Positions 10,448 through 20,424 are shown, counted from the first letter of the stretch. The stretch is 64,000 bases of DNA from Methanomassiliicoccales archaeon (GCA_016926075.1 JAFGPG010000069.1:10313-74312), one strand, 5' to 3'. Made by a program: numbers and translations. Notes: a model not told the origin generated them from the sequence alone.

Positions 10448-11250
10448 CCCGGCTGGCGGTCATGCGGCCCCCGGAGAAGATGGGGGGATCGGTCGAGGTG
10501 GCGCGTTCCCTGGGGTTCGAACCGGTATGCGCCTCCCCTCTCCACGTGGTGACCAACGAGGACCATCGCCTGGGAAGGTTCATGCGGGAACTGATGACCG
10601 GGAAGGTGGACATCATCGTCCTTACCAGCAGCACCGGGGTGAAGGCCCTGTTCGACCTGGCCTCCCCGTCCATCGGACCACAGGAGCTGGCCGGTCTGAT
10701 GCAGAAGGTCACCACCGTGGCCATCGGTCCCCTCACCGCCCAGGCCATGGGGTCCCAGGGGGTCCAGGTCTCCTTCGTCCCCACGGTCTATTCGTCGGAA
10801 GGACTGGTCTCCCAGCTTGATGAGCTGTCGGTGAAGGGGAAGAAGGTCTACGTGCTGCGTTCCGACCACGGGGAAAGGGTCCTGATCGAGGCCATGCGTA
10901 AGGCGGGCGCCAGGGTCATCGAGGTGGTGGTCTATCGGTTGATCAAACAGCTCGATTCCCAGGAGATGCGCTCCCTGGCCCGGGAGTGCATGGAGGGCGG
11001 CATCGACGCCTACGCCTTCACCAGCTCACTGTCCGCCCTCTCGTTCCTGGAATCGGCCAGCATGGAGGCCCCCAGGGAAGAGGTGATAACGGCCATCAAC
11101 CGCAAGGTGGTGGCGGCCGTGGGTACGCCCACAAAGAGAAAGCTGGAAGAGAACGGGATCCAGGTGGAGGTGGTGCCCGCCAACGCCACCTTCGAGGAGA
11201 TGTTGAGGGCCTTGAAGGCCTACATCGATGGTACCGCCCCTCAACGTTAG
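10444..11250 (+). CDS. hemD: uroporphyrinogen-III synthase
   Basis: ATG 10444 overlaps the SUMT stop (ATGA). HEM4-type two-lobe sequence (MTRLAVMRPPEK...VLTSSTGVKALF...AFTSSLSALSF). Confidence 0.8.
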   Translation: MTRLAVMRPPEKMGGSVEVARSLGFEPVCASPLHVVTNEDHRLGRFMRELMTGKVDIIVLTSSTGVKALFDLASPSIGPQELAGLMQKVTTVAIGPLTAQAMGSQGVQVSFVPTVYSSEGLVSQLDELSVKGKKVYVLRSDHGERVLIEAMRKAGARVIEVVVYRLIKQLDSQEMRSLARECMEGGIDAYAFTSSLSALSFLESASMEAPREEVITAINRKVVAAVGTPTKRKLEENGIQVEVVPANATFEEMLRALKAYIDGTAPQR

Positions 11251-11386
11251 GGGTAATGCCCGACAGGTCGTCCTATGGACCTTACCGCAGGGCCCGCCCT
11301 CCCGTTCTCGCGCCTCTTCTCGGTCGTGATCGAGGAAAGGTAGCGTACCACGAAACTAATTAAGCCCGGGCGGCGTTGCTCGGTCC

Positions 11387-12172
11387 ATGAGCAAGGTCGT
11401 GGCCATCATAGGTCCCAGGGACACATGGGCACCACTGTGCCGGGAATATCGCCATCGGGCGGACTTCTTGTGCGTATCGCCGCTCAGGGCGATCCCCCGG
11501 GACGATGCTGGCTTCTCCCTCTTCCTAGTGGACCTCTTCTCCGGGAAGTACGACGTGCTGGTGATCACCTGCTCGGTGGTGATCGACGCCATGGTGGAGA
11601 TGTCCCGGAGACGCGGCATGGAGGACCGCTTGAGAAAGGCCATCAACCGCTCCGAGCTCGTCACCATCGGGGAGAGGACCACCTCGAGCGCCACAGATCA
11701 GGGGTGGACGGTCTCCTCCCGGTCACCGGAGGCCACCACCGATGCCCTGCTCGCCCACCTGAACGAGAGGGAGGGGCGGGGGAGGATCGCCCTGCTCCGG
11801 TCGGACCAGGGCTCGGACCAGCTCAGCAAGGGGCTGGAGGCCTCCGGCTGGAAGGTGGAGGACGTGCAGGTGTACTCCCTGCTCCTGGACGACTCCATGG
11901 ATATGCAGTCCCTCCTGGACCGTCTGGAGGATGGTGAGCTGGATGCCTTGGTGTTCCCGACGCCCGCCCACGTCCAGTCCTTCCTGCTGCAGTTGGAGGA
12001 ACGTTGCGGCATGAACGGGGCCCTGGAGAACCTGAAAGGAAGGATCGTGGCGGCCATCGGACCGGAGAGCCAGAGCGCCCTGGAGGAGCATGGCGTGAAG
12101 GTGCAGGTCGTACCCGACCGGGCGGACCCCCGGTCCCTGCTCGTACTGCTGATGGAAAGGTTGCATGTCTGA
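11387..12172 (+). CDS. second HemD-like (HEM4 domain) protein, divergent paralog
   Basis: 261 aa with the same architecture as hemD (...VLVITCSVVIDAM...ALVFPTPAHVQSFL) but low identity to it. Separated from hemD by 136 nt. Confidence 0.65.
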   Translation: MSKVVAIIGPRDTWAPLCREYRHRADFLCVSPLRAIPRDDAGFSLFLVDLFSGKYDVLVITCSVVIDAMVEMSRRRGMEDRLRKAINRSELVTIGERTTSSATDQGWTVSSRSPEATTDALLAHLNEREGRGRIALLRSDQGSDQLSKGLEASGWKVEDVQVYSLLLDDSMDMQSLLDRLEDGELDALVFPTPAHVQSFLLQLEERCGMNGALENLKGRIVAAIGPESQSALEEHGVKVQVVPDRADPRSLLVLLMERLHV

Positions 12173-12558
12173 GGAGAGGAGCGCTTCCTTACCAGCCAGG
12201 CGTTCAGCGGGTCCAGGACCGGGGCATCTCCGTCCCCGTCTATCGCAGGACGCCCGCGGACCTGCTCATAGCCTTTCATCTTGCCCCTCTCATCCCCCGT
12301 TTTAGGAAAAGGAACGACCTGGTATCTTCGCATTGCCACGTGAACGTAACATTGCTTGCAGCGAACGATCCGTCCTCAACACTGACCATGAGCTCCTACA
12401 GGTGGCATTGGGGGCACATTGCGCCCTTCGGACCATGCCGTACGTCCTAATCGCCATGTTTGCGGACAAGAGCCCGTCACGACAGATGACCATCGTCCCG
12501 TTCAGCAACTGCGGGAGGTCGTAGATCTACGTCACCGTGCACCATCGTTATCAAGGGA

Positions 12559-13788
12559 TCAGGCATCCTCCTGAGACCCCTCCTTGGACAGCAGGGCGCA
12601 TGCGCAGGCAATGACCATTCCCACCAGCATGAGCAGCCATACCGAGCGGTACTCGGAAAGCGAACCCTCCACCACCATGTACCCGGTCAGCTGCTGGAGC
12701 ACCGCCCCTCCCAGGAAGGGGAATATGTTCAGCGCGGCGATGGCCGTCCCGTCCATGGAACTGGGGAACAGGTCCTTCAACTGCCCGTAGATGGGCACGT
12801 ACCAGCCGCCGAAGAAGCCGAAGAGCAGGTGCACGATGATGTAAGGTACCTGGCCCTCCACCCTACCGGCCATGAGCCACATCAGGGCCCAGATGGAAGT
12901 GAAAATGACCATACCGATGACCAGCACCTTCCTCCTGGACCTCAGCACCCGGTCCGATAGCAGGCCGGAGAGAGGACAACCCACGATCATCCCGATGGCG
13001 ATGAAGGTCAGGGAGGTCCCGTAGGTCCCCTTGTCCCAGCCAAGCACGTCGCGGAAGAAGGGGCCGCCCCACAGCCCCTGGTACACCATGATGCCGCCGT
13101 AGACGAAGAAGAAGCACACCGCCAGGGGCCAGAACCTCCTCCCGGAGCCGAAGATGAGGCGCAGGGACCTTCCCACAGGGATTCGTCCGTTCGTGCCGTC
13201 CCTCATCCCCCTCCCGGATGCGAGGTCGACGGGACGCTCATGGTCCGATACGGGAACGTCCTGGGGCCGGTCCCTCACCAACGCCCACATCAGCCAGGTG
13301 AGGGTGGCTGTGAGCACGCCCAGGACCAGGAACACCTGCCTCCACCCCACCGCCTCGGACATGTAGGCCAGGGGACCGGCCGCGGCCAGCCCGCCGATGT
13401 TCCCCACGGTGAGGAGGAGGCCGGTGAGCGAACCGAACTGGTCATGACGGAACCATGCCGACAGGACCTTCAGGGTCGGGACGTAGACCATGGCCACGCC
13501 CAGCCCGATCATGGCCCTGCCCATGACCACGATCCCGAAGCTGGAGGCCAGGGCGGTGACGAAGGCCCCCAGGGCCGCCAGGGCGGTGAAGGCGCACACC
13601 GTCCTCCGAGGGCCCCAGCGATCGGTCAGTATGCCGCAGGGCAGCTGCATGACGGTGTAGGCGTAGAAATAGACCGAGCTGAGCAGGGCGATAGAGGTCA
13701 GTCCGACCCCGAAGGACTCCTGCATGTCAGTGGCCAGCACCGCCGGGGAGACCCGATGGAAATAGACCAGGAAATAGGTCAGGGCCAT
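12559..13788 (-). CDS. MFS transporter (N-terminus probably longer than the ATG-defined ORF)
   Basis: 409 aa, polytopic, with MFS loop motif GILTDRWGPRRT. The frame stays open upstream of ATG 13788 and reads like the missing half of TM1 (see findings). Confidence 0.8.
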   Translation of the reverse strand: MALTYFLVYFHRVSPAVLATDMQESFGVGLTSIALLSSVYFYAYTVMQLPCGILTDRWGPRRTVCAFTALAALGAFVTALASSFGIVVMGRAMIGLGVAMVYVPTLKVLSAWFRHDQFGSLTGLLLTVGNIGGLAAAGPLAYMSEAVGWRQVFLVLGVLTATLTWLMWALVRDRPQDVPVSDHERPVDLASGRGMRDGTNGRIPVGRSLRLIFGSGRRFWPLAVCFFFVYGGIMVYQGLWGGPFFRDVLGWDKGTYGTSLTFIAIGMIVGCPLSGLLSDRVLRSRRKVLVIGMVIFTSIWALMWLMAGRVEGQVPYIIVHLLFGFFGGWYVPIYGQLKDLFPSSMDGTAIAALNIFPFLGGAVLQQLTGYMVVEGSLSEYRSVWLLMLVGMVIACACALLSKEGSQEDA

Positions 13789-14044
13789 GATCCCGAAGAC
13801 CGTCCATGGGTTCCACAGTGTCCGTGCGATCCTCCCCCTGTCGATGACCGTGGTCCCCCCTCCGAGAACGGGCGTGGTGCGCGTCGCGGGACGCGTCGAG
13901 CACGGAAGCCGATGCGCGCCCTTATAGATAACTGCGCGACCGTTCGAGGATGATGCGCAACGATGAGCGGAGGGGCGAGATCCCGCTGTTGGCCAGGCCT
14001 CCGAGGGATGGTCCGTCTCCCGCCTCGTTCACCGGCCGGGACGC

Positions 14045-14845
14045 CTATCGGCCCGGAACGCAGGCCGCGGCCAATCGCCGAACCTCCTCGCGCAAGCGGT
14101 CCGGCGAGCAGCCGTTCAGGGTCAACGCCACCAGGGCGCTGCCCACCACCGCCGCGTCCGCTCCCGCCTCCCCCACCGCCCTCACCTGCTCCGGCCGGGA
14201 GATGCCGAAGCCGGCGGCCAAGGGGACCGCAGGATCGACGGAACGGGCACGTGAGACCATCCTTTTCAGTTCCTGACCCAGGGCCGTTTCCTTACCGGTG
14301 ACCCCCGTCCTGGTCACCAGGTACAGGAAGCCTGAGGTGGCCCGCACCAGCTCCCGGTTCCTGTCCTCAGGGGTGAGGGGGGTGCTCAGCTGGACCAGGT
14401 CCAGGCCCTGCCGGGAACATGTCCCGCGCAGGGAGGCGGACTCGTGCAAGGGTAGGTCAGGCACGATGAGCCCGTCCGCGCCCGCTCTCAGGCAATTCTC
14501 AACGAAGCGCTCCTCCCCCATGCGGAAGATGGGGTTGTAATAGCCCATGAGCACCAGGGGTTTATCGGTGAGCTTCCGGACCTCACGCACCAGCTCCAGC
14601 ACCTGGGGCGGGGTCACCCCTTGCTCCAGGGCGCGCACGCCGGCCGCCTGTATGACCGGCCCATCGGCCACCGGGTCGGAGAAGGGCACACCCACCTCCA
14701 GCACGTCCGCCCCGCCCTCCAGGCAGGCCGCGGCCATCTCCACGAAGGAGCGTGGCGAGGGGACCCCGGCCATGAGGTAGCAGATGAGCGCCATGCGTCC
14801 CTCCCTGCGCACCTCCTCGAAGCGCTGTTCCAGGCGACCCATCAC
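14045..14845 (-). CDS. trpA: tryptophan synthase alpha chain
   Basis: 266 aa with [15 protein letters not shown]. Start (GTG 14845 or ATG 14842) overlaps the trpB stop. Confidence 0.93.
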   Translation of the reverse strand: MMGRLEQRFEEVRREGRMALICYLMAGVPSPRSFVEMAAACLEGGADVLEVGVPFSDPVADGPVIQAAGVRALEQGVTPPQVLELVREVRKLTDKPLVLMGYYNPIFRMGEERFVENCLRAGADGLIVPDLPLHESASLRGTCSRQGLDLVQLSTPLTPEDRNRELVRATSGFLYLVTRTGVTGKETALGQELKRMVSRARSVDPAVPLAAGFGISRPEQVRAVGEAGADAAVVGSALVALTLNGCSPDRLREEVRRLAAACVPGR

Positions 14846-16011
14846 ACCACCCCCATATCGAAAACGGTCTCCAGGTCCTTGTCCCCGCGACCGGAGACGG
14901 TGATGACCACGATCTCGTCCTTCCGCATCCGAGAGGCCTCACGCATCCCGGCGCACACCGCGTGGGCGCTCTCCAGGGCCGGGATGATCCCCTCCACCCG
15001 CGAGAGGGTGACGAAGGCCTCCAGGGCCTCCGCGTCGGTCACTCCCACGTACTTCGCTCGCCCCAGGTCCTTCAGGAGACTGTGCTCCGGTCCCACGCCT
15101 GGATAGTCCAGGCCCGGGGCCAGGCTGTGGGCCTCCTTGATCATGCCGTGCTCATCCTGCAGCAGATAGGACTTGCATCCCTGCAGCACCCCCACCTCAC
15201 CCTTGGTCAGGGAGGCGGAGTGGTGCTCGGTGTGCAGGCCCTCCCCGGCCGCCTCCGCTCCCAAAAGCCGGACGCTCTCATCCTCCAGGAAGGGATGGAA
15301 GGTGCCGATGGCGTTGCTGCCCCCTCCCACGCAGGCCACCAGCAGGTCCGGGGTCCGGCCCTCGGCCTCCTGCAGCTGCCTCCTTATCTCCTGACCGATG
15401 ACGCTCTGGAAGTCCCTCACCATGCTCGGATAGGGATGCGGTCCTGCCACGGTCCCCAGCAGGTAGTGCGTATGCTCCACGCTCCCCGCCCAGTCCCTCA
15501 ACGCCTCGTTGATGGCGTCCTTGAGCAGCATGGAGCCGTTCGTCACCTCGTGCACCTCCGCCCCCATGAGCCTCATGCGGAAGACGTTCATGCGCTGGCG
15601 GGCCATGTCCTTGCGCCCCATGTATATCTCGGCCTTCAACCCCAGCACCGCCGCGGCCATGGCCGTGGCCGTGCCGTGCTGCCCGGCCCCCGTCTCCGCG
15701 ATGATGCGCTCCTTTCCCATACGCCTGGCCAGCAGCGCCTGTCCCATGACGTTGTTGAACTTGTGCGCCCCGCCGTGGCACAGGTCCTCGCGCTTGAGGT
15801 AGATCCTGGCCCCTCCGCAGCGCTCCGTCAGCCTGCGGGCGAGGTACAGAGGGGTCTCCCTCCCGCCGTAGTGCCGATTGTAGCGCCCCAGCTCCTCCTG
15901 GAAGGCGGGGTCCTTCCTGGCCTCCTCGTACGCCCTCTCCAGCTCCTGCAGGGCGGGCACCAGGACCTCAGGCACGTACTGCCCTCCGTACTCCCCGAAT
16001 CTGGATTTCAA
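14842..16011 (-). CDS. trpB: tryptophan synthase beta chain
   Basis: 389 aa with [11 protein letters not shown] and PLP-lysine region [10 protein letters not shown]. The only available start is TTG 16011, which overlaps the trpF stop (TTGA). Confidence 0.93.
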   Translation of the reverse strand: MKSRFGEYGGQYVPEVLVPALQELERAYEEARKDPAFQEELGRYNRHYGGRETPLYLARRLTERCGGARIYLKREDLCHGGAHKFNNVMGQALLARRMGKERIIAETGAGQHGTATAMAAAVLGLKAEIYMGRKDMARQRMNVFRMRLMGAEVHEVTNGSMLLKDAINEALRDWAGSVEHTHYLLGTVAGPHPYPSMVRDFQSVIGQEIRRQLQEAEGRTPDLLVACVGGGSNAIGTFHPFLEDESVRLLGAEAAGEGLHTEHHSASLTKGEVGVLQGCKSYLLQDEHGMIKEAHSLAPGLDYPGVGPEHSLLKDLGRAKYVGVTDAEALEAFVTLSRVEGIIPALESAHAVCAGMREASRMRKDEIVVITVSGRGDKDLETVFDMGVV

Positions 16012-16625
16012 TCCTCCTCACCCCTGACCACGGCCATCATCTCGCTGACCCTCGACGGGTCCTTTCCCCCCTTTCCCTCCACACCGCTGGAGACGTCCAC
16101 GGCGAAGGGTCGCACCGTGTCGATGGCCTGCCGCACGTTCTCCGGGCGCAGGCCGCCGGCCAGCACCGTGAGGAGCGGGGCCACCTCCCGGCACAGTCCA
16201 GCGCTGATCGTCCAATCGTGCACTTGCCCGCTGCCCCCCGCCCGGGGGCCCGGGGAGTCGAGAACAAGGGCCTGTAGGGAGGACAGAGCCTTCCGTTCCA
16301 TCTTCAACCCATGGCGCACGGTGACCATGCCCCACAGGGGGACCCCCAGGTCCCTCACGCTCTCCACCACCCCCCGGTCAAGGGGGGAATGCAGCTGCAG
16401 CACGTCCGGCTCCAGGGCGCGCAGCATCTTCCTCAGGAGCGGAGGACGGGTCTCGGTGGTCACCGCCACCCGCGGGCGGTCACAGCAGGACATGAGCCCC
16501 GCCGCCGCGTCCAGGTCCAGGCACCTCGGCGAATCGCTCAGCACGACGAAGCCCAGATAGTCCGCGCCCCGGCAGCATTCCAGGTCGGCCATGCTGCGCA
16601 TCCCGCATATCTTCAACAGGGTCAT
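16008..16625 (-). CDS. trpF: phosphoribosylanthranilate isomerase
   Basis: 205 aa, [13 protein letters not shown] overlap with the trpC stop. Confidence 0.9.
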   Translation of the reverse strand: MTLLKICGMRSMADLECCRGADYLGFVVLSDSPRCLDLDAAAGLMSCCDRPRVAVTTETRPPLLRKMLRALEPDVLQLHSPLDRGVVESVRDLGVPLWGMVTVRHGLKMERKALSSLQALVLDSPGPRAGGSGQVHDWTISAGLCREVAPLLTVLAGGLRPENVRQAIDTVRPFAVDVSSGVEGKGGKDPSRVSEMMAVVRGEED

Positions 16626-17416
16626 CGCGCCACCCTCAAGGACATGAGCTTGTCCCGGGGGCTGGAGGAGCGGCTCAGAGCGGAGCCGATGAGCACCCCG
16701 GACGCTCCCAGGTCACGGGCCCTGCGCACGTCCTTCACGCTGTCCATCATGCTCATGACCAGGGCCGGTCGGCCGTCCTCCCCCATCAACTGCAAGGCCT
16801 CCCCTGACAGGTCCGTTCCCGCGCGGAAGGTGCGCAGGTCGCGTCTGTTGTATGCGAGCACGTCGGCCTGGGAGCCCAATGCCAACTCAAGCTCCTGCAG
16901 GTCGGAGGCTTCCAGAACAACTTCCAGCCCGCAGCGGTGCGCGCGCTCGATGAGGCTGTCACGTCCTTCGGCCAATCCGCGGTGGAAAACGCCCTCGATG
17001 AGCAGGACCGCGGAGGCCCCGGAACGTGCGGCGGCCTCCACCTGTTCGACGTCCACAACGAAGTCCTTCATGAGCACCGGAAGGCCGGTGCGGGAGGCCA
17101 GACGCAGGTAGCTCAGCGATCCAAGGAAGTAGCGCGGTTCGGTCAGAACGGATAGGGCGGCGGCCCCTCCCCGACGGTAGTCATCGATCAGTTCCTCGGC
17201 CAGATGTGCCCCTAGGCGTCCTGCCGTGGGAGAGGCCAGCTTCACCTCGGCCACGACGGGGAAGTACACGCCCCCTCTCAACGCATCCACCAGGGAGGGC
17301 GGATCGAACGCTCCTGTCCGCATCTTCCCCACAGATCCATGATAGAAACCGCTGTCCACCAGCTCCCGGGCGTTGCGCACCAGCAGGGACAGGCGGTCCT
17401 CTACCCCGCTGAGCAT
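16622..17416 (-). CDS. trpC: indole-3-glycerol-phosphate synthase
   Basis: Real part of track ORF 16622..17746. ATG 17416 overlaps the trpD stop by 1 nt (TGATG). MLSGVEDRL...LMKDFVVD. The upstream 110 codons of the track ORF are an R/G-rich shadow inside trpD. Confidence 0.88.
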   Translation of the reverse strand: MLSGVEDRLSLLVRNARELVDSGFYHGSVGKMRTGAFDPPSLVDALRGGVYFPVVAEVKLASPTAGRLGAHLAEELIDDYRRGGAAALSVLTEPRYFLGSLSYLRLASRTGLPVLMKDFVVDVEQVEAAARSGASAVLLIEGVFHRGLAEGRDSLIERAHRCGLEVVLEASDLQELELALGSQADVLAYNRRDLRTFRAGTDLSGEALQLMGEDGRPALVMSMMDSVKDVRRARDLGASGVLIGSALSRSSSPRDKLMSLRVAR

Positions 17417-18405
17417 CAGCTCGCCCCCCGACTGGCCACGATGTACTCCTGCATCTTGGAGTAGGCCTTCCCGCTGTCCAAGGTCCTCTCGGCCAGGGAA
17501 AGGCCGGAGGCCACATCCCTGCTCCTTCCGAAGATGTATAGGGCGCAGGCGCTGTTCAGCAGGACCATGTCCCGGCGACGGTCCCGACGTCCCCGCAGCA
17601 GCTCGTAGCAGCAACGAGCGGAGGCCTGCGGGGTGAGCTCCCCCACCGCTTCGGGAGCGCAGCGGTCCAGGCCGAGATCCTCGGGGACCATCTCGTACCG
17701 TTCGACGCTCCCGTCCCTCATCTCGGCCACGGACGTGCTGCCGCACAGGGACACCTCGTCCATGCCCGGCTGGCCATGCACCAGCATGGCCCGGTCAACC
17801 CCCAGGGCATCCAGCACCGGTGGGATGGTCCCCAGCAATCGCGGCTCGCATACCCCCATCAAATGCCGGCGCGGTCCCAGCACCGGGTTCATCAACGGCC
17901 CCATGACATTGAATATTGTGCGCCTGGGCACCATCTTGCGAGCCTTGGCCACCTGGCGCATGGCCGGATGAAAGTTGGGAGCGAAGAAGAAGGCGTAACC
18001 GATCCCGTCCAGCATCTCAGCGCAACGCTGGGGTCCGGGGGAGATGTCCGCGCCGATCGCCTCCAGCAGGTCCGCGCTACCGCACTTGCCCTGTGAGGAA
18101 CGGTTGCCGTGCTTGGCCACCGGGACCCCGGCCGCGGCCACGATGAAGGAGCTGATGGTGCTGACGTTGAGGGTGCGCACCTTGGCACCGCCGGTGCCGC
18201 AGAGGTCCATGACCACTTGATGGACGGTAGGTACACGCACGCTCTGTCCGTAGAAGGCGTAGGTCATGCCCAGCAGCTCCTCCGCGCTCTCCCCCCTCTC
18301 TCCCAGCTCCATGAGGCGGTCGGCGATGCCCCGGTCGGAAAGGCGGCCCTCCAGCATATCGCAGGCCAGGCGATGCGCCTGGTCCACAAGCTCGGCCTCG
18401 CTCAT
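17416..18405 (-). CDS. trpD: anthranilate phosphoribosyltransferase
   Basis: 329 aa with CGTGGAKVRTLNVST and KHGNRSSQGKCGSADLLEA. Confidence 0.92.
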   Translation of the reverse strand: MSEAELVDQAHRLACDMLEGRLSDRGIADRLMELGERGESAEELLGMTYAFYGQSVRVPTVHQVVMDLCGTGGAKVRTLNVSTISSFIVAAAGVPVAKHGNRSSQGKCGSADLLEAIGADISPGPQRCAEMLDGIGYAFFFAPNFHPAMRQVAKARKMVPRRTIFNVMGPLMNPVLGPRRHLMGVCEPRLLGTIPPVLDALGVDRAMLVHGQPGMDEVSLCGSTSVAEMRDGSVERYEMVPEDLGLDRCAPEAVGELTPQASARCCYELLRGRRDRRRDMVLLNSACALYIFGRSRDVASGLSLAERTLDSGKAYSKMQEYIVASRGAS

Positions 18406-18995
18406 GAGCCCCCCTCCAGAGAGCGCACGAAGTTGTTCATCAAGTCCTGCCCCCGCTCAGTGAGAACCGATTCGGGATGGAACTGCAGCCCCTCTATGGG
18501 GTATGCTCGATGGCGCAGACCCATCACTGTGCCGTCCTCGCTGCGCGCGGTGACCTCCAGCTCGGGAGGGAGTCCCTCCTCCCGTACGCACAGGGAATGG
18601 TAACGCCCCACGACCAGCGGGGAGGGAAGTCCGCTGAAGACCCCCTTGCCGTCATGCGTCACGCTGGACACCTTCCCGTGACGGGGGCACGCCGACCTCA
18701 CCACCTTCCCCCCATAGGCCTGGGCCACCCCCTGATGCCCCAGGCAGATCGCCAGGGTGGGGATGGACCTGGAGAGCGTGCTCAGCACCTCTATGCACAC
18801 CCCGAAGTCCTCGGGATTACCCGGGTGCCCCGGTCCGGGGGAGATGACGATACCCTGGTAACGCCCATCGACGTCCCCGATCGTCAGCTGGTCGTTCCTG
18901 ACCACCACCGGCTCCGCACCCGCCGCGGCCAGGGAATGAGCCAGGTTGTAGACGAATGAGTCGTAGTTGTCGATGAGCAGCACCCGGGGCCTCAT
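18402..18995 (-). CDS. trpG: anthranilate synthase component II (glutamine amidotransferase)
   Basis: Last 197 codons of track ORF 18402..20312. ATG 18995 overlaps the trpE stop (ATGA). MRPRVLLIDNYDSF, catalytic ICLGHQ, FHPES. Confidence 0.92.
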   Translation of the reverse strand: MRPRVLLIDNYDSFVYNLAHSLAAAGAEPVVVRNDQLTIGDVDGRYQGIVISPGPGHPGNPEDFGVCIEVLSTLSRSIPTLAICLGHQGVAQAYGGKVVRSACPRHGKVSSVTHDGKGVFSGLPSPLVVGRYHSLCVREEGLPPELEVTARSEDGTVMGLRHRAYPIEGLQFHPESVLTERGQDLMNNFVRSLEGGS

Positions 18996-20296
18996 CGCCC
19001 GCCCTCCTCGCACATCTGGAGGGAGCGGTGCACCGCCCCCAGCTTGCCCTGGCATTCCAGATATTCCCTTTCCGGCACTGAGTCCATGACGATGCCCGCA
19101 CCGGCCTGCAGGAAGATGCGATCGCCGTCCACGAAGGCGGAACGGATGGTGATCGCCGTGTCCAGGTCCCCCTGGTCGGAGATGTAGCCCACCGCCCCGG
19201 CGTACGGCCCCCTTCCCCGGGACTCCAGGGACTTGATGAGGCGCATGGCCCGGTGCTTGGGCGCCCCGCTGACCGTCCCCGCCGGGAATACCGCGGCCAG
19301 GGCGTCCAGGGCATCGCGGTCCGCCCGCAGCACCCCCCGCACCCGGGACACCAGGTGCTGCACGTGACTGTACTCCTCCACCCGCATCAGGTCGGCCACC
19401 TCCACCGTGCCGTAATCGCACACCTTGCCCAGGTCGTTGCGGGCCAAATCCACCAACATGATGTGCTCCGCCCGCTCCTTCTCGTCCGCCAGCATCTCCC
19501 GGCGGTTGCTGCGGCGTTCCAGGAGGTCGGAGCCTAGGGGCCTCGTGCCGGCTATGGGGTAGGTGATCGCCTCCCTCCCGCGCACCGTGACCAGGGTCTC
19601 CGGGCTGGAACCCAGCACCTTGCGCTTCCCGAAGTCCAGGTAGAACATGTAGGGGGAAGGGTTGACCTTCCTCAGGCGCAGGTAGAGCTGGAAGGGGTCG
19701 CCCTCGAAGCGGTGCTCCTGGTAACCGGACAGCACCACCTGGAAGGCCTCCCCGTCCAATATCCGGCCCTTGATGTCGTCCACCCCCCGCTCGTACTCCT
19801 CCCTGCCGGTGCCGGAAACCCTTTCCAGCAGGTGGAAGTCGTCCACCCGTCCCTCCTCCTCGAGGGATGAGAGACCATCTTCTCCCTCGGGGTGGAAATG
19901 GTACACCTTGAAGGCCGAGTGGTCGTAGATGAGGCCTCGGTCGTAGAGACCCAGCTCGTAGGCGGGGAATCCCCCGTCGCTCAGGTGCAGGTCCCTCTCC
20001 ACTGAATTGACCAGGTGATAGGAGAAGTATCCGACCAACCCGCCCATGAAGGGGAAGGGGGTCGCCTGCCCGTTCCTCTCCCGCATGGTCTCGCGGATGG
20101 TGTCCAACCCTTCCTCCCCGCGCAGAATGGACCTGGGGGAGGCGCCCAGGAATGAATAGGCAACCGTGCGGGAGGAGCCCTCCGCGCTCTCCAGCAGGAA
20201 GGAGGCTCCCGTCCCCTGGCGCAGCCGGGCGTAGGCCTCGGCCGGGGACAGGCGCAGGTCCACCTCCTCGTAGACCAACTTCGGTACATCTTGCAT
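18992..20296 (-). CDS. trpE: anthranilate synthase component I
   Basis: 434 aa, chorismate-binding family (...FQVVLS...GAGIVMDSVPEREYLE). Confidence 0.92.
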   Translation of the reverse strand: MQDVPKLVYEEVDLRLSPAEAYARLRQGTGASFLLESAEGSSRTVAYSFLGASPRSILRGEEGLDTIRETMRERNGQATPFPFMGGLVGYFSYHLVNSVERDLHLSDGGFPAYELGLYDRGLIYDHSAFKVYHFHPEGEDGLSSLEEEGRVDDFHLLERVSGTGREEYERGVDDIKGRILDGEAFQVVLSGYQEHRFEGDPFQLYLRLRKVNPSPYMFYLDFGKRKVLGSSPETLVTVRGREAITYPIAGTRPLGSDLLERRSNRREMLADEKERAEHIMLVDLARNDLGKVCDYGTVEVADLMRVEEYSHVQHLVSRVRGVLRADRDALDALAAVFPAGTVSGAPKHRAMRLIKSLESRGRGPYAGAVGYISDQGDLDTAITIRSAFVDGDRIFLQAGAGIVMDSVPEREYLECQGKLGAVHRSLQMCEEGGR

Positions 20297-20424
20297 GATA
20301 AAACGTGGACATTAACGAATATATATAAACATTATTGATTTTTATAATACAATAATATATTCATATCACGCTGTATCACGGGTGAAAGATTTACATGAGC
20401 GGCGGCAATGAGAGGGCGAGATAC
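20297..20424. promoter_or_regulatory. AT-rich divergent promoter region (trp operon / flavoprotein-cobO operon)
   Basis: About 130 bp AT-rich island with TATA-like elements (atatatataaac, tttttataatac) between divergent first genes. Confidence 0.6.

Noticed and set aside
9353-10869. Minus-strand ORFs of 315 aa and 327 aa
   Set aside because: They are antisense to hemC, SUMT and hemD, with no recognisable motifs and biased composition.
12173-12558. 386-bp convergent spacer with several 60-70-aa ORFs; considered for a small gene or ncRNA
   Set aside because: The ORFs have implausible composition and no SD, and I could not recognise any RNA family motif. It stays unexplained, but there is nothing positive to report.
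14962-16560. 532-aa plus-strand ORF
   Set aside because: It is antisense to trpB and trpF. The product is P/G/R/H-rich with no domain signature.
18996-20312. N-terminal ~440 aa of the 636-aa track ORF 18402..20312
   Set aside because: This part runs out of frame over trpE and is G/R/P-rich. Only the last 197 codons (trpG) are real.
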